A stretch of 64,000 bases of DNA, taken from NCBI GenBank assembly GCA_964019335.1, contig OZ025697.1, forward strand, positions 124,001 through 188,000, in the 5' to 3' direction. The notes under the pieces were generated by a model. The model searched no databases. It worked only from the letters and a program-made list of their open reading frames with translations, and was not told the origin of the DNA. The position numbers and the translations under genes are program-made. Shown here piece after piece: positions 26,886 through 39,153 of the stretch (the first letter of the stretch is position 1; every line of letters starts with the position of its first letter). The stretch comes from Diplonema japonicum. Lineage: Eukaryota > Protista > Euglenozoa: Diplonemea.

Positions 26886-27440
26886 TTCACTCACTAGGGG
26901 CCTCATTATTTAACGCGAAATGGCCATTATTTAACGCGAAACGGCCATTATTTAACGCGAAATCGCCATTATTTAACTAGTTAAATAATGAGATTTTGCA
27001 GTTAAATAATGGCCCTTCAGAGTGAAAAAATGGGTCTTGTCGTGGAAAAAAATGCACCCAACCCCTTGAAAAATTTTTTTGGGGTGGGGGTATTTTGACT
27101 ATTTTTGGCCATCTGAGGCCATTCCAGCCCTTAAAAGTGGGAATAAGTGCCTTACTTCCCCTTTAAATGCCACGGCGAAATAGCTACCCTGTATTACCTT
27201 AGGAAAATCCCCAAAAAGCTGACCTGCGTGAAAAAAAACAGCAGTGAAAGCAGTGAAGAGTGAGTGACTCAAATGACGAAGAGTGAAATAAAACGACTTA
27301 CTTGCCGCCAAATGAGCCATTATTTAACACTCGTTACCCGTTTTTTTGCACTCGGGCCCTGCGGGCCCTCGTGCAAAAAATTCGGGAACTCGAGTTAAAT
27401 AATGACTCATTATTTGTTGGCAATAAATAGTTATTTTGTT
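26886..27440. mobile_element. Non-autonomous hairpin/foldback DNA element built on CATTATTTAAC motifs
   Basis: 21-bp tandem units at 26904/26925/26946/26967. Perfect 24-bp palindrome at 26967-26990. About 87-nt imperfect hairpin at 27318-27404. A second partial copy lies at 6.2 kb. Confidence 0.65.
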
Positions 27441-27452
27441 CCCTCTGGGGTT

Positions 27453-29912
27453 CTAAGAGGAAGAATGAAATGAAGAGTCCGGCTTCCCCCAAAAGCGGGG
27501 CGGCTTTGCTGCGGGAGATTTTCTCGATAGGCCGCCGATCGTCGATTTCTCGCTCAAAAGGGAGACGTTCTGCCGATGATCCGGACGTTCTTTGTTTCCC
27601 CGAGCGTCACGGCTCTCCTTCGCTCGAACCCACGTTCTTAAAGCCCTCCTTTGCAGCATGAAGTTATTTTGCTTCACGGCGATCCTTCTCTGCAACCTCT
27701 CCAAGCGTGCTGCCTTCAGCTTCCATCTGTTGAACAACACACATCGAAGCCTTCTATCCTTCGAGTCACGAAGATCATTAGCAACCTTGTGCATAACCTT
27801 GAATAAGTGCTGGCGTTTCCAAGCAAGCAGGAACTTACGTTTCAAAGAAACCTGTAGTTGCGGTGTAACCACGGAGAGGTTGTACGCTTGCTTCCAGGCG
27901 CTGAAGAGCCGTGATAAGGATGAATAATCATGCGCATCCATCAGATCATAGAGATGCGGGGGGGTGATGAGTGTTTTCCATTCAGAAAACAGTTTTTTTT
28001 TTGTCCAGAAGCGTCGGAAATATTCCGCATCGTGGGAAGCATCTTTGGTCCACAGCGCGTCTCTCCATTTAGAGAAATAGACTCTTTTCCACGAATCGTT
28101 TCGCGTGAGGTAGAACTCGTCCGCGGTAGTTTCATCGTGAAAGGTGTTCTGCGTCAATCTCCACCACCCTGTAAAAACCTTCGTCAAAACCCCCTCTGTG
28201 AAAAAACTGTCGGCCAAACGGGTACCTCTTCTCTCCCGTGCTTTATTCCGCCATGCTTCCCAAGATTTCCTGCTCAGAACAACTTTTCGAAAACAAACAG
28301 CTTTCCACGTTTCGAACACGGTTCGAAGGGTTCTTCTCATGAAGAAGTTTTTCGCAACTGTCGCGTCCCTCCATTGAACCCAAACTATGTTGACGAGTTT
28401 TCTCTTCACGAAATCTTTGCAGGCCAGTTCGGCCTGCCAGGTTTTCATGAATGTTTGCAGTGTCCTCCTAGCGGTTTTGGTTTCACGATGAAAGACAGCT
28501 TTCCATTCTGAGAAGATTGTTTGTTTCAACGTGTGTTCGGTGGCTCTTCGGGTCTTGTGCAGCAAACATTGTATTTTGTACTCAGCGATCCAGTTGTAGA
28601 AGGCCCGTCTGCTGAGCTGTTGGGCGCGCAGGGTTCCTGCAGTCTCCCTTTCCAGGTATCGTTTCCTCCATCGTCTGTAAGCGGACTTTTTGACGAAGGC
28701 TTCAATGTTGCGCTGCTCATCCATTTTCACAGCGAGGCGGTCTCTCCAGATGTTGAACATCTTGGCTGTCAACCATGATTGGATCTCGTCTGTCTTCTCT
28801 GTTCGCTTTCTTTCCGCCCTGCCCCACCGGGATCTCCAGAACACAAACCATCGCCTCAACCATTTTTGCTTCAAAACCCGTTCTGACTCCACCTCGGCAC
28901 GGAGCAGCCTTAACGATGCATCGGCCGCAGACACGTTTAAAACAGGTGGGGAAATAAAACTCGAAGAAGAAAGCGGAGCGGAAGAAGGCGTACCCCCCAT
29001 CCCCCCGGTGTTCTTCAACAGTCTTTTTAAATCATCCAACAGCGAGAGGCTTAAACGATTGGTCCCCTCCCACTGTGGGGTGAGCTCTTTTGAGGGACTT
29101 GCGTGGGGTGGATAAGGACGGGTCAGCTGAACGGGAGAGGCAAGAGAAGCATAGTCTGCAGAAACCGTTTGCAAAGTCTGTTGAAGTGATTCGAGCGACT
29201 CTTCTATTGGGTGGAGAATTGAGGGTTGGAGGATGGGGCTTTCCTTTGGTCTCTGTTTGTGCAAATAGCGGGATTTCCAGGTCGAAAAAAACCGTTTAGC
29301 AAGCATCAATGAGCCCATATGAGAGGTGACTCCCAATCTGGTTTCAAAGCACGACTTCCAATGTGAGAAGAAACACCGTTGCAACCTTGAGGTGTCCCAA
29401 TGTACAGCGGTGGCTTGTTGCTCCACGGATGTGAAATGCAAATCGAGGACGAGGTGCCATCGTTCTAAGGAGTCCAGCGCTTCGTCAATAAGGAGGTTTT
29501 TGCTGTCGTGTTGGTTGCAGGAAGCAACACCGAGTAGCAGTGACACCAGATCGGCTGTTGGGTGAAACGACCCTACCACTGCTCGTTCCTTGTCGAACAG
29601 AATTGTGTTAAGAAGGTTCAGCACGAGGTATAGCGACCCGGGGCTTTCTAAATTCGGGTTTTTTCTTGTCAGCTCCAGCCGACATCTTTCGAGCCTGTGT
29701 CGCATCCCTGCTTCGTCGCGGATGCCTTTCCCCGACACCAGGTCTAGGATCGCGTAGCAGTCCTCCAGTACCCTTCTCCCTTCTTTTTCAAACCCTTGTA
29801 AAACCCTGCCCATCAGCATTCCCGGTGTTAGAAAATTGCTTGTCATCGAAGCACCGTTTGCGCTGTAGTCCAGCCGCTTTGCCGGCGTACCAAAGAAGGT
29901 AGTTTCGTTCAT
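27453..29912 (-). CDS. Sfi1-like centrin-binding repeat protein
   Basis: Intronless 819-aa ORF with many F..W(K/R) repeats spaced about 20-35 aa apart (e.g. KRFFSTWK, IFSEWK, VFETWK, LFSAWK). Confidence 0.7.
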   Translation of the reverse strand: MNETTFFGTPAKRLDYSANGASMTSNFLTPGMLMGRVLQGFEKEGRRVLEDCYAILDLVSGKGIRDEAGMRHRLERCRLELTRKNPNLESPGSLYLVLNLLNTILFDKERAVVGSFHPTADLVSLLLGVASCNQHDSKNLLIDEALDSLERWHLVLDLHFTSVEQQATAVHWDTSRLQRCFFSHWKSCFETRLGVTSHMGSLMLAKRFFSTWKSRYLHKQRPKESPILQPSILHPIEESLESLQQTLQTVSADYASLASPVQLTRPYPPHASPSKELTPQWEGTNRLSLSLLDDLKRLLKNTGGMGGTPSSAPLSSSSFISPPVLNVSAADASLRLLRAEVESERVLKQKWLRRWFVFWRSRWGRAERKRTEKTDEIQSWLTAKMFNIWRDRLAVKMDEQRNIEAFVKKSAYRRWRKRYLERETAGTLRAQQLSRRAFYNWIAEYKIQCLLHKTRRATEHTLKQTIFSEWKAVFHRETKTARRTLQTFMKTWQAELACKDFVKRKLVNIVWVQWRDATVAKNFFMRRTLRTVFETWKAVCFRKVVLSRKSWEAWRNKARERRGTRLADSFFTEGVLTKVFTGWWRLTQNTFHDETTADEFYLTRNDSWKRVYFSKWRDALWTKDASHDAEYFRRFWTKKKLFSEWKTLITPPHLYDLMDAHDYSSLSRLFSAWKQAYNLSVVTPQLQVSLKRKFLLAWKRQHLFKVMHKVANDLRDSKDRRLRCVLFNRWKLKAARLERLQRRIAVKQNNFMLQRRALRTWVRAKESRDARGNKERPDHRQNVSLLSEKSTIGGLSRKSPAAKPPRFWGKPDSSFHSSS

Positions 29913-29998
29913 TGAGGGGAGAGGGGGGATTCTACTCCCTGTAGAAATCTGATATGAAAGGAAGAAGAAGAAAAGAAAAAAAAAAGGTGGGAAAGGAA

Positions 29999-30048
<50 letters not shown>

Positions 30049-31185
30049 GTTCAAAGTGGGTGGGGTGCGAGAGGAAAATATAGTACACCAAGAGCCTGGC
30101 CATGGGTAAGTATCTCGGGGGGGGGGGGGGGGGGGGTACCAATTTCGTGAATGGAATTAGAAATCTTCCCTCTCCCTCTTTTTCATTTTGTTATGTGTTC
30201 GGCAAACATTTCTAGGTTTTCAACGAATGCCCTTGAGTGTAATATAAGGAGGAGGGGGAAAGGGTGGGAAAGGTGCACGCCCCATACATTTTTTTTCTTT
30301 TTTTTTTTTCCTTCCTTTTCTCATATCAACAAAAAACAAAAGACCAAGAAAAAGAAGGTACAAATAGAGGGGTTAAAAAAGAAGAAAAAAGCAACCCTCA
30401 AGTACAAAGCAGAAGGCTCGCACACGGATGAGAATGTGGGGTTTTTCTCTCTCTCTCTTTTTTTTTTCCATAGTACTTTTTCTTTCTTTTGTTTTCCTCG
30501 GCTTTGTGAGTCGTGGTTCCTCTAATAATAAAGAAATCTCAACAAAGCAAGAAAAAGAAAGAAAGTTAAAAAAAAAAAAAGGAAGAACTACTTCATACCA
30601 AAGGGGAAAAAAAAGGGAGGGAAGTAAGTACCAAAGTATGAAAAAAAAGAAAAGAAACACGCAACAAAAAAAAAAAAAAACTGGGTTTTTTTCCCCTTTT
30701 TTTTCCCCCCCTTCTTCTTACCCGGATCATGCAATGAGAAGGTCCTAGCAGCAACCCACGAATGAAAAGACAGTATTCGGTTGGCCTGTTTATTGCATCC
30801 CCCCTGTTCTTCCTTCACATCCTCTCCAAAGAACTACATCGAAGAAGGATTCGGCCCCTCGCTCAACCTCGGTACCTTAGGTATAAGACCCTCAACCGAG
30901 TCAGGAGTAAGTGCACAACTGTCTCTCAAGGATATGGCGAAAAAAATAATATAAAAAAAAAAGTATTTTCAGCTCTGTTTCCATTTTATGCTTGACAGGA
31001 TGCCCCTTTTATATAAAAAAAAAAAAAAGCCTTTTTCACCTCCTCAACAATTCCCTTTCCCTATCTTTTCTTTTTTTTTTTTTCCTTCCTTTTTCTCCCA
31101 GTAGGTGTCACCTTGCATCGTTGACTACAAAAGAAACAGAAAAAAATAAGAGGCTTTCACTACACAAAACTGAAATAATAAAAAA

Positions 31186-33300
31186 TTTGATAAATTTCGG
31201 TGTGCGGGTGGGTGCTCACCGTTCAGGGAGAAATTCACACTAATCGGTCACCGTTCTGCGGTTGCTGTCTGGTGCCTGCGGTGGCTGTTTGTCGCGATGA
31301 GATGGACGGCATCTGGGCGAGAAACATTGCTTGGAGTCGTGCTAGGTAGGGGGCGGTTTGGCTCGAGGAGAAGAGTGGTCTCCTGTCGTAGCCGTGTGTC
31401 GTCGGGCCCCCAAGATGTCGAAGGGTGTGTACCCTTGTCTTTGCGTTGGCGGGGAAAGCATTCTTCCCACTCTTTGCTGTGCATTTCTGAATACGTCCTA
31501 AGATGTATCGCATCCTTCCAGCCTTCTCTGTGAGCCAGTCCTGGTCGTCGAGGGGTCCAGCCAAGGACTGCCGGGTGGCCTGCTCATAGTCTACTGCGAG
31601 CTCCATCGTCGTGACGGACGTCAACTTCCTACCTGCGTACCATCTTAGGCTTTTCAGCCACCTGAGGACGCTCTTCATGTAGAACATTAGGACCTTTCCC
31701 GACGCTCCGTTCGATTTCAACAGCTCCACTGTGGGCACAGTGTGCTGCTTCCCCGTTGTGATCTCATCCCACGGGTTGGTGGTGAGGATTCTGGTGCTCC
31801 GTTCAGCCGCTCTGGCGTCTCGTCTTGACACGACATCCAACAGGTATCGTTGCACGACTGCCGCCTGTTGCTTCGCAGCCCCCGTTGCGCCCCTTGGAAT
31901 GATCCCGTGGAGGGCGGTCACTGCAGGTAGGTCACTTCGTGTCATCCCGCCATATCTTTCGTTTGTCAGGGCAGCTCTCGCTGGTGCACATTCCCATAGG
32001 GCGTGCTCCGTGACTTCTGTCGTCGTCTGGCATCGATGGTCGCAGACGTCGCACGCAAGAGACGAGCTTTCCACACCCTCACGTTCATCCAATTGCTTCC
32101 CCCACACTCGAGGGTGTACCGTGAACACTGCACCGCTGATGATCCGCCGCAGTCTGTACGATATCAGCGGTCTCCGTGACTGGAGCTTCCTCCACCAGGC
32201 GTTCGTGGACGGACATGCACCCGCTTCCATTCCAGCAAAAGACGACCTGCCGTGGATCAATTCCTTTGCAACAGCCGGTCTGATCGCCTGTCTTACTTCA
32301 TGGCGTCTCGCACTGGGCACCAGAGCGCGCAAACCTTCAATGAAGGACCACCCCTTGTTCAGGAAGGGTAGCCACCTCTTCAGCAAGACCCCTAGCGGCC
32401 CCCTCTCCTCGTCGTCCTCTCGCTCCCGGTACAGTGTAACAATCTCATTGACTCGCTGCCACAGTTGTGGGGAGGTGAGGCTTTCTCGCACCAGGCAGTT
32501 CACCGTGTTGTAAACAATCTTCGCTTGTGGATATGCTGTGTGTCCAGGTAACAGCACATTGAGCACAGCCATCGGGGATCTCATCCTGAAGCGCGGTCCC
32601 CACAGGGAAGTCACCGTCGCTGTACAGAGCTTCTTCAGCTGGTTGTCAGACGGCGCAGCGTAGGTCGTACCGTATAGACAGGATGGTAGCACAGTGCCCG
32701 TCAGCATTGACGCCTTGTTCCCGAAGCTTAATGGCAATGCACCAAGCCGGGACAAACGGCCTTCGGCGGAATGTGGCTTGTCCAAACTATGTTTCCCGTT
32801 CATGTTCAGGATCACGCCAAGCGCCTTGATCCCCTTCGTCACTCTGAACGATGAGCCTGTGCACTTCAACCAAGGGCCGATCTCATCCTTCGTCGAGAAT
32901 GCTTGTGACTTGTTTTCGTTAAGGCGCATGCCTGTCCGCTCGCAAAACTCGATTGTTTTGTTGGTCGCTCTCTTGAGTACCTCGACCAAACGCGCAAGTA
33001 GGTACGCGTCGTCCGCGTACGACAGCGATCGCGAGCCAGGTACCTCAGCAATCACGCACTTCACCATCACTGACACCAGAGCGTTCACCAGGATGACGGA
33101 GATTGGACACCCTTGGAGAATTCCATTTGTCACGTGGAACTCGGAACCCACGCCAGTAGGGAAGCGGAAACGTCTTTTGAGGCCTGCGTACATCGCTTTG
33201 AGCGGGGTCAGTATCCTCTGGTGCAAACCCAGGTCTTGCATAAGCCCGAACGCTACTTTCTGTGGCACCCTGTCGAAGCACTTGACGAAGTCCAGTGCTA
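31186..33300 (-). mobile_element. 5'-truncated non-LTR retrotransposon (RT C-terminal half, Zn knuckle, 3' UTR)
   Basis: ALDFVKCFDRVP, GILQGCPIS, SYADD, GMRLNENKS, CxxC...EHALWEC. Open frame to 31235. The 3' UTR is shared with the copies at 49.9 and 62.8 kb. Confidence 0.9.
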
Positions 33301-33367
33301 TTAAAAAAAAAAAGAATCGTACAAACCAAAGAAGAACTGATACAAGGAAGAAAAAAAAAAAGAAAAC

Positions 33368-33425
33368 TGCTAACTAGACCCCTAAGTTTGGGAAAATGCT
33401 AAATAACCTACGGGTCTAGTTAGCA
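33368..33425. repeat. 14-bp perfect inverted repeat with a 30-bp spacer
   Basis: TGCTAACTAGACCC (33368-33381) and GGGTCTAGTTAGCA (33412-33425). Confidence 0.8.
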
Positions 33426-33456
33426 CCAAGTAAACCCCCCCCTTCCCCGTTGTCTT

Positions 33457-35503
33457 TCACTGTTCATCGCCTTCAGCCTCCGCACTTGCAAGTTGTTCGA
33501 TTTGCTTTCTTGTTTCCTTGTCCTGCTCCTCGGTAATCGCCTGTTTCGACGGCGACGCGTACCTCCAGGGCAACGGTGCCATGTCCTTCGCAGGGTTTTT
33601 ACTTTTCGAGGTTTTCTTCTTCCCGGGAACTCGATACCGGATCACCATACTGCGGAAGTTTTTTTTTCTTTTTTTTTCACCCCCTCCCTACTACATACTC
33701 CTGCTTACCCCGATCTGCTGGAGCCTTGGGAGGCATAGGTGTATGACTCATCAAATCCTGTATATCAGCAGCGGTATCACTTTGTGGGGGTGTCTCTGCA
33801 GGGGTTAGAGACGGTTCTGGTAATTCAGGAGGAGGTGTAGGTGGTTCGTCAGGAGGCAACGCTGGCGGTTCCCCAGGTGGGGGCGGCGGCTGTACTTGTT
33901 CTCGCAAAGCCCGTTCTTTCCTCCTGTGAAACTGCGGCTGCCCTACCGGTTCCGACGGCGACCAATCCTTCATGATCCAAGGGTGTGTCTGCAGCTGATG
34001 TGCTTTCGGCCGTTTTTCAGGTTCCCGTTGCAAACACGCAGCTAACACCGCAAGACACTCATGAGATACCCTGTAAATTATTTTTAAAAACGAGAAAAAT
34101 ATAAAAACATACGAGCCTTCCTTCAACCCAAAAGGTGGTGCCCCTGTGCCGCTTGCTATGGCGTGCATGGCTTTCAACTGCCCGAGATCGTTGTAGGGCG
34201 GCTTCCCGGTCAGCATTTCTAGAATGGTACAACCAAGAGACCATATGTCTGCGGGTGGCCCATGCCCCGATTCGCGGATGACCTCAGGAGCCATCCAAAA
34301 CGGCGTGCCTCGGACCGTCCTGAACGGCGCGTCCCCTTCGCGTATTGAGTTGCTGTGCTCTGTTGCAACCATGCTTTTTGCGGACCCGAAGTCAACCAGC
34401 TTGATCTGAGAAAGAGGGTTCAGGGAGAGGAGGGAAACACATACATGCCCGTCTGGCGTAATTAGGATATTTGCACCTTTGATATCCCTGTGCACGATGC
34501 CCATGCCGTAAGAGTGGAGGTACGCCACCCCGTCTGGGAAGGTTGGTAGTTTTTCTTTTTTCTTTTTGTTAAATACCTAGAATCTCCCTTGTATAATTGC
34601 AAGCCACGGGCTCTCGTAAAGTCTTGTACATTTTTATCGTCGACTGTGGAGGGGTTTTCCTTTTTTTTTTTCTCTTCCCCGTTCTCGACATACAGCCAAC
34701 GTTCCACCCGGAACGTATTCCATGAGAATATAAGCAGCCTGCTTGACCCGTTCCAAGCCCAGATACTTGACTATGTTGCGGTGTTCCACCGTCTTCAAAA
34801 CCTCGATTTCCTTCTTGAGATCCTTCAGGATCTGTGGCGACGTGATAAGAACCTCCTTTACAGCGAGGGATCGCCCTTTTTTTTTTCTTTCCTCCCCCCC
34901 CCCCCCCCCCCCCTTTTGTAAAATAGATTCCATACCTGTAACATTGTCAAGACCTCTGTACACCTTTCCGAAGGACCCGGTGCCAATGAGAGCACCTTTT
35001 GTCCAGTCGATTTTACCCGGTTTTGGTTTGGGTTTATCGGAGATGGGGAGAAGGACCTTAGGGGGCGTTGGCTTCTTAGTCCCGAGGATGACAGGAGGGT
35101 CCACGTCTATCTTCAGCACGGTGCTCGACCTTGGGCTGCGTATTGGGGAGCTGGGCTTATCTTCGAGAGGGGGCTCTATGGAGCTTTCAGAGTCGCAGCG
35201 CGTTACCTCGTCATCGCTTGGTACAGGTTCAGATTCGGGTTCAGGATTCTTCACTTGCGTGATTAAGGGGAGGCTTAAGTTCGGTGGTGACAGCACCGGT
35301 TGATCGTCCTGTTCGTTGCTCGTCACGGTGAGCAGCAGCATCCCGTCGCTTCCCTTGTGGCATGTTACCAATGGGGTTGACTGCAGCTTCTCAACTTCGT
35401 TAGAGGAGTCCGTCGCCCACCCGTCCTCAGTCGGCGCCCTCGCCCACAGCGCACTCTGAGACAGCTCCTTCTTCACATTGCGTCTTGAAAACCCAGATCC
35501 CAT
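33457..35503 (-). CDS. STE11/MEKK-like Ser/Thr protein kinase (MAP3K family), possible N-myristoylation
   Basis: WTKGALIGTGSFGKVY, LAVKE, HRDIKGANIL, DFG, GTPFWMAPEV, DIWSLGCT..EM.TGKPP. Introns 34876-34935, 34644-34693, 34534-34576, 34406-34444, 34071-34112, 33650-33698. Confidence 0.9.
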
Positions 35504-35628
35504 GGGATCATGTCACGCCTTTGATGGGTTATTTGCGGGGGGGGGGAACAAGACTTAAAAAAAGAATTGTGAATTGTTTTTTTTTTTCTTTTCTATCGTT
35601 TTTTTTTTTTTTTTTTTTTTTTTTTGTT

Positions 35629-38402
35629 TCACAATTTTTCGTCTATCTCGGACTGGACCGACGCCATCCTTCGTTTGAGAAGGGTTTCCCCGCCCACCTT
35701 GCTGCTCAGCCAGTTGGTGTACCCGTCTTCTGGAAGGGGGACGTTGCCGTCGTGGAGCCGCACTGCACGACCGAGCTTCTCCACCTTTGCGACCCTGCCC
35801 ATGCCCGGGCGGGACTCGATGACGATAGGCGCCTGTGATGTATAATTAGGTTCTTCCCCCACCCCTTTCCTTTCCATACAAGGTCGTCGTACTCCCGTTC
35901 GTTCATCCCCCATATGGTTTTCCTTGTTTTTTTCGTGAGGACGTCCGCAGTCTTGTTCATCTTGCTTTGTAAGGTTGTGAACATATCGCAAAGCTCGGTT
36001 GTGGCGTCAATGAGGCCTTGAGCGATGTCGCCAGTCTCGTCGATACTCTTCTGTCTCAGCGCAATGTGCTCCGCTACCTCGCTTGACTTCTCCACGAACG
36101 GAAGCTGCTGGATTGGCAAGGACAACACCTGTTTCAAAATCTCGTTGAGCTCCGACAGCTCGACGAGTTTGGGCACGACCTCGCTGTACGTTTGCTTCGC
36201 GCCTTGAAGCGAAACGTCTAGCTCGCCCGCGCGCTCGAGATCCATCTCTAGCTCTTTTATCTTCGGGATGACCTGGTGCTTTACATATTCGGTTTTCTTG
36301 TCGGTTTGGTAGGTCCACCTTTCGCTGACCTTCTTCCAGGTAGAGTTCGCAGTTTCTTCGTACTCGCAGCGGGCGAAGACCTTGTTCACCTCTGACATAG
36401 GGATCACGCCCTTTACTGCGATGTAGCACTCTTTTCTGTTCAGGTCGATCCCTGTGATGTCGTAGTCGCCTTCCTCACGACATCCGAGTTCTTTGAGCCT
36501 GTCGATGGCTTCGTATTGATTCTCCTCGCTGACAGAAAGCTTCTCTTCTTCTGGTTTGGAGTTTTTGTTGCGCAGTTTTCTATTCGGTGTCCTCCTTCGA
36601 ATGTTCTTGAGGTCGCGATACTTCGAACTGGCGTAGGCAACGACGGAAGCCCAGAGGACCTTAGGATGCCATTTTGAGAATGAACCATTTGGAGGCGACG
36701 CGCCTTGTACGACCTCAAAGGTACCAGTTACAATGGCGATGAACAGGTTGAGCATGACAAGCCACGCGAGGGCAAGGAAGCTTACAAAGAAGATCGGCGT
36801 CCAGACGGGAAACATTATGTCCATTGAGTTGTAGTTGTCGATCTGCCCCCTGGCGATCATGAAAAGGAGAAACGCCACGGTCGACGTGAACGATCGGAAG
36901 TCTTTCAGCGTGCTGCCAAACAAGATGTGCCCTGCTATCGCGTACGGCACGAAGATCAGAAAGAACGTCATCACCCACCCAAGGAGCAGGCTGGTGGAGT
37001 TCGTGATCGTTTCCGAAAGAACGCCGAACTTATCGCTGTACCTGAGGAACCCTATGATCCGCACCCACGCTACAAGATTCCCGACCGCGATCCTGGTGTA
37101 AGACAGTTCGTACAGTTCCGCGTATTTTGCAAGCGTTTCAAAGAGAAGACGTTTATCCCCCTCGGCACCACCCCCGAAATCCCCGGAATTTGCCGTGTAA
37201 TAATTGCTCTTTCCAAGCTGTATACCATGCACCCACATGCGGACTCGACTTACATAACACATGATGAACAGAATAATCTGGAGAACTTGTACAAGATTCC
37301 ACGCTCCGAGGACGTTCGCCATGCCCTCTTTGTTGCTAGTGTACTTGGTGAGGTATAGAAAAGTATCGACAATCTCGTACAATGTGTACAGCATGATAAG
37401 GACGTCAAGGATGGCCACGAGGTAGAACTTCGGTTCCCAGAAGTTATGGATGACGCATGGAAAGTTGCGAACAGATGGGAGGACGATTCCTGTTGTGGAC
37501 AGCTCCATCATGAAAGAGGTCAAGAGGAACGAACGCTGAGCATCGTTGAACGACAAGATCTCTACAAACACAACACGTGAAGCATCGTCGACCCATTTCA
37601 ACGTTTGTAGCGCGCCGATCTGATCCTTCGCCTCCGTGCTTGTTAAGTTCAAGTCAAGATACATGGTGTAGGCGTACCCTGGTTCGTTGTACATAGCCAG
37701 CCTACCCTGTATTGAGATACCGTCTACATTTCTTCGCATCCCTGGAGATAAATTATTGTTCGCTTCCCATGGTGGCCGCCGTCCTTGTGATAGAACAGCT
37801 TCCACAATTGGGTTGCTTGGTGATGGGGAGTACGGTAGGTTGCTCAGCCAGCTGCTTTCATACGCCGGGAGGCTTTGCTTCCTCATGAATTTTTGTACGT
37901 GTAGTGGGAGGAGTTTCTGTTCAACAGGAATCCCTGAATCGTGTACAACTCGAAATTGTCGTAGCACCATGAACCCGAGCGGTCTGTTTGGATTCGAAAG
38001 AGCTTTTTGATCCCATATGTTGGTGGCGTTGTTTTGCATCCACGACCAGAAATCGCTCAAAGTGTGTATGTTCAGAAAAATATCGTCAGCAAGGTCCGTG
38101 CGTGATCCTGAGTTTCTGTAGTAATGCCCTGCATCATTCAGATTAACCGCCACCAATGCTAAATTCAGGTTCAGAAGCACGACAAACACTAGGAACAGAG
38201 GAAGCCTGCTGTACGTTTGCAGTTTTTTGATGTCCTTCCGGAGGAACTTCACGATGGTTTCAACAGGTTGCCGCTTCTCCTTCTTCTCGACCATCTCCCT
38301 CCGTGCTGCGTCATGAATGCTCGGCTTCTTCTTCTTTTCCCCTCCGTTCTCCGATCCGAGCTTCAACTTCGCGCTGTTTACTATTTTCTTCCATCCGTTC
38401 AT
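35629..38402 (-). CDS. Polycystin-2 (TRPP/PKD2)-like cation channel
   Basis: DFWSWM, LRQFRV, L..LKWVDDASRVVFVE, six TM helices, GHILFG..LKDFRSF, LVMLNLFIAIV..TFE. Intron 35833-35879 supplies the C-terminus. Confidence 0.87.
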
Positions 38403-38502
38403 GGTTTTCTTTTTTTTGTTTATTCTTCTTTATGTGAAAACACCCATCACCGTTCCTTTTTTTTTTTTGAGGGGTGGGTAAAAAAAAAAAAAAAGAGTGG
38501 AT

Positions 38503-39025
38503 TTAATAATCTACTTCAGGTCTGCTTATACCCCGTGCTTTACCCCATTTCCGAGAGTATTCCTCATTCGCTGTGTTTTTTTTTTTTTTTTCTTCCCACC
38601 CCCTTCAATTTATGATTACCTTGGCAATACAAATCGTGAACAAGCACGGCCTCTGCCTCGATTTCATCCTTCGGTTGGCAGGCCATAAATCTTTCGCAGG
38701 TGCACACAGCCAGGTTCGTGAAGGGACAGGCAGTGTGAAAGGACTTAATAACGGGCATTTGTGGTACCCCCCCCCCCCCCCCCCCCTCTTCCCTCCCTCC
38801 TTTTTACTCTTCTTAAGTGTGAGCTACTTCGTCTAGCATCCCACGGGCATAAGACCATTTAAATTCTGCCTCATACGTAGCAGGGACCCTGTCGGTGCAA
38901 CCATTAATATCAGGGAAGCTCGACGGGTGACTGTCAGAAGCAGGGAGGGTTTTATCATCCACAATTCTGAAGTTGGGAGGCGGGTCACATGTCACGATCG
39001 GCTTCGCTTTGCCGTCCTTTTGCAT
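38503..39025 (-). CDS. Small hypothetical protein (~130 aa)
   Basis: Three complex-sequence blocks joined in frame by introns 38744-38827 and 38571-38619. No family recognised. Confidence 0.45.
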
Positions 39026-39153
39026 CTATCTATCCCTTTTCTTCTTTTTCTTTTTCCCTCCCTCTTTCTTTTTATGCTTTCTCTCTTTTTAGTTTAGTCT
39101 ATGACCATTTTGAAAAGATATAAAAAAAAAAAAATAAAAAAAATCTAATTTTC

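Noticed and set aside
26904-26990. 21-bp repeats as a CRISPR array
   Set aside because: The units are directly tandem with no unique spacers, there are no cas genes, and the context is eukaryotic.
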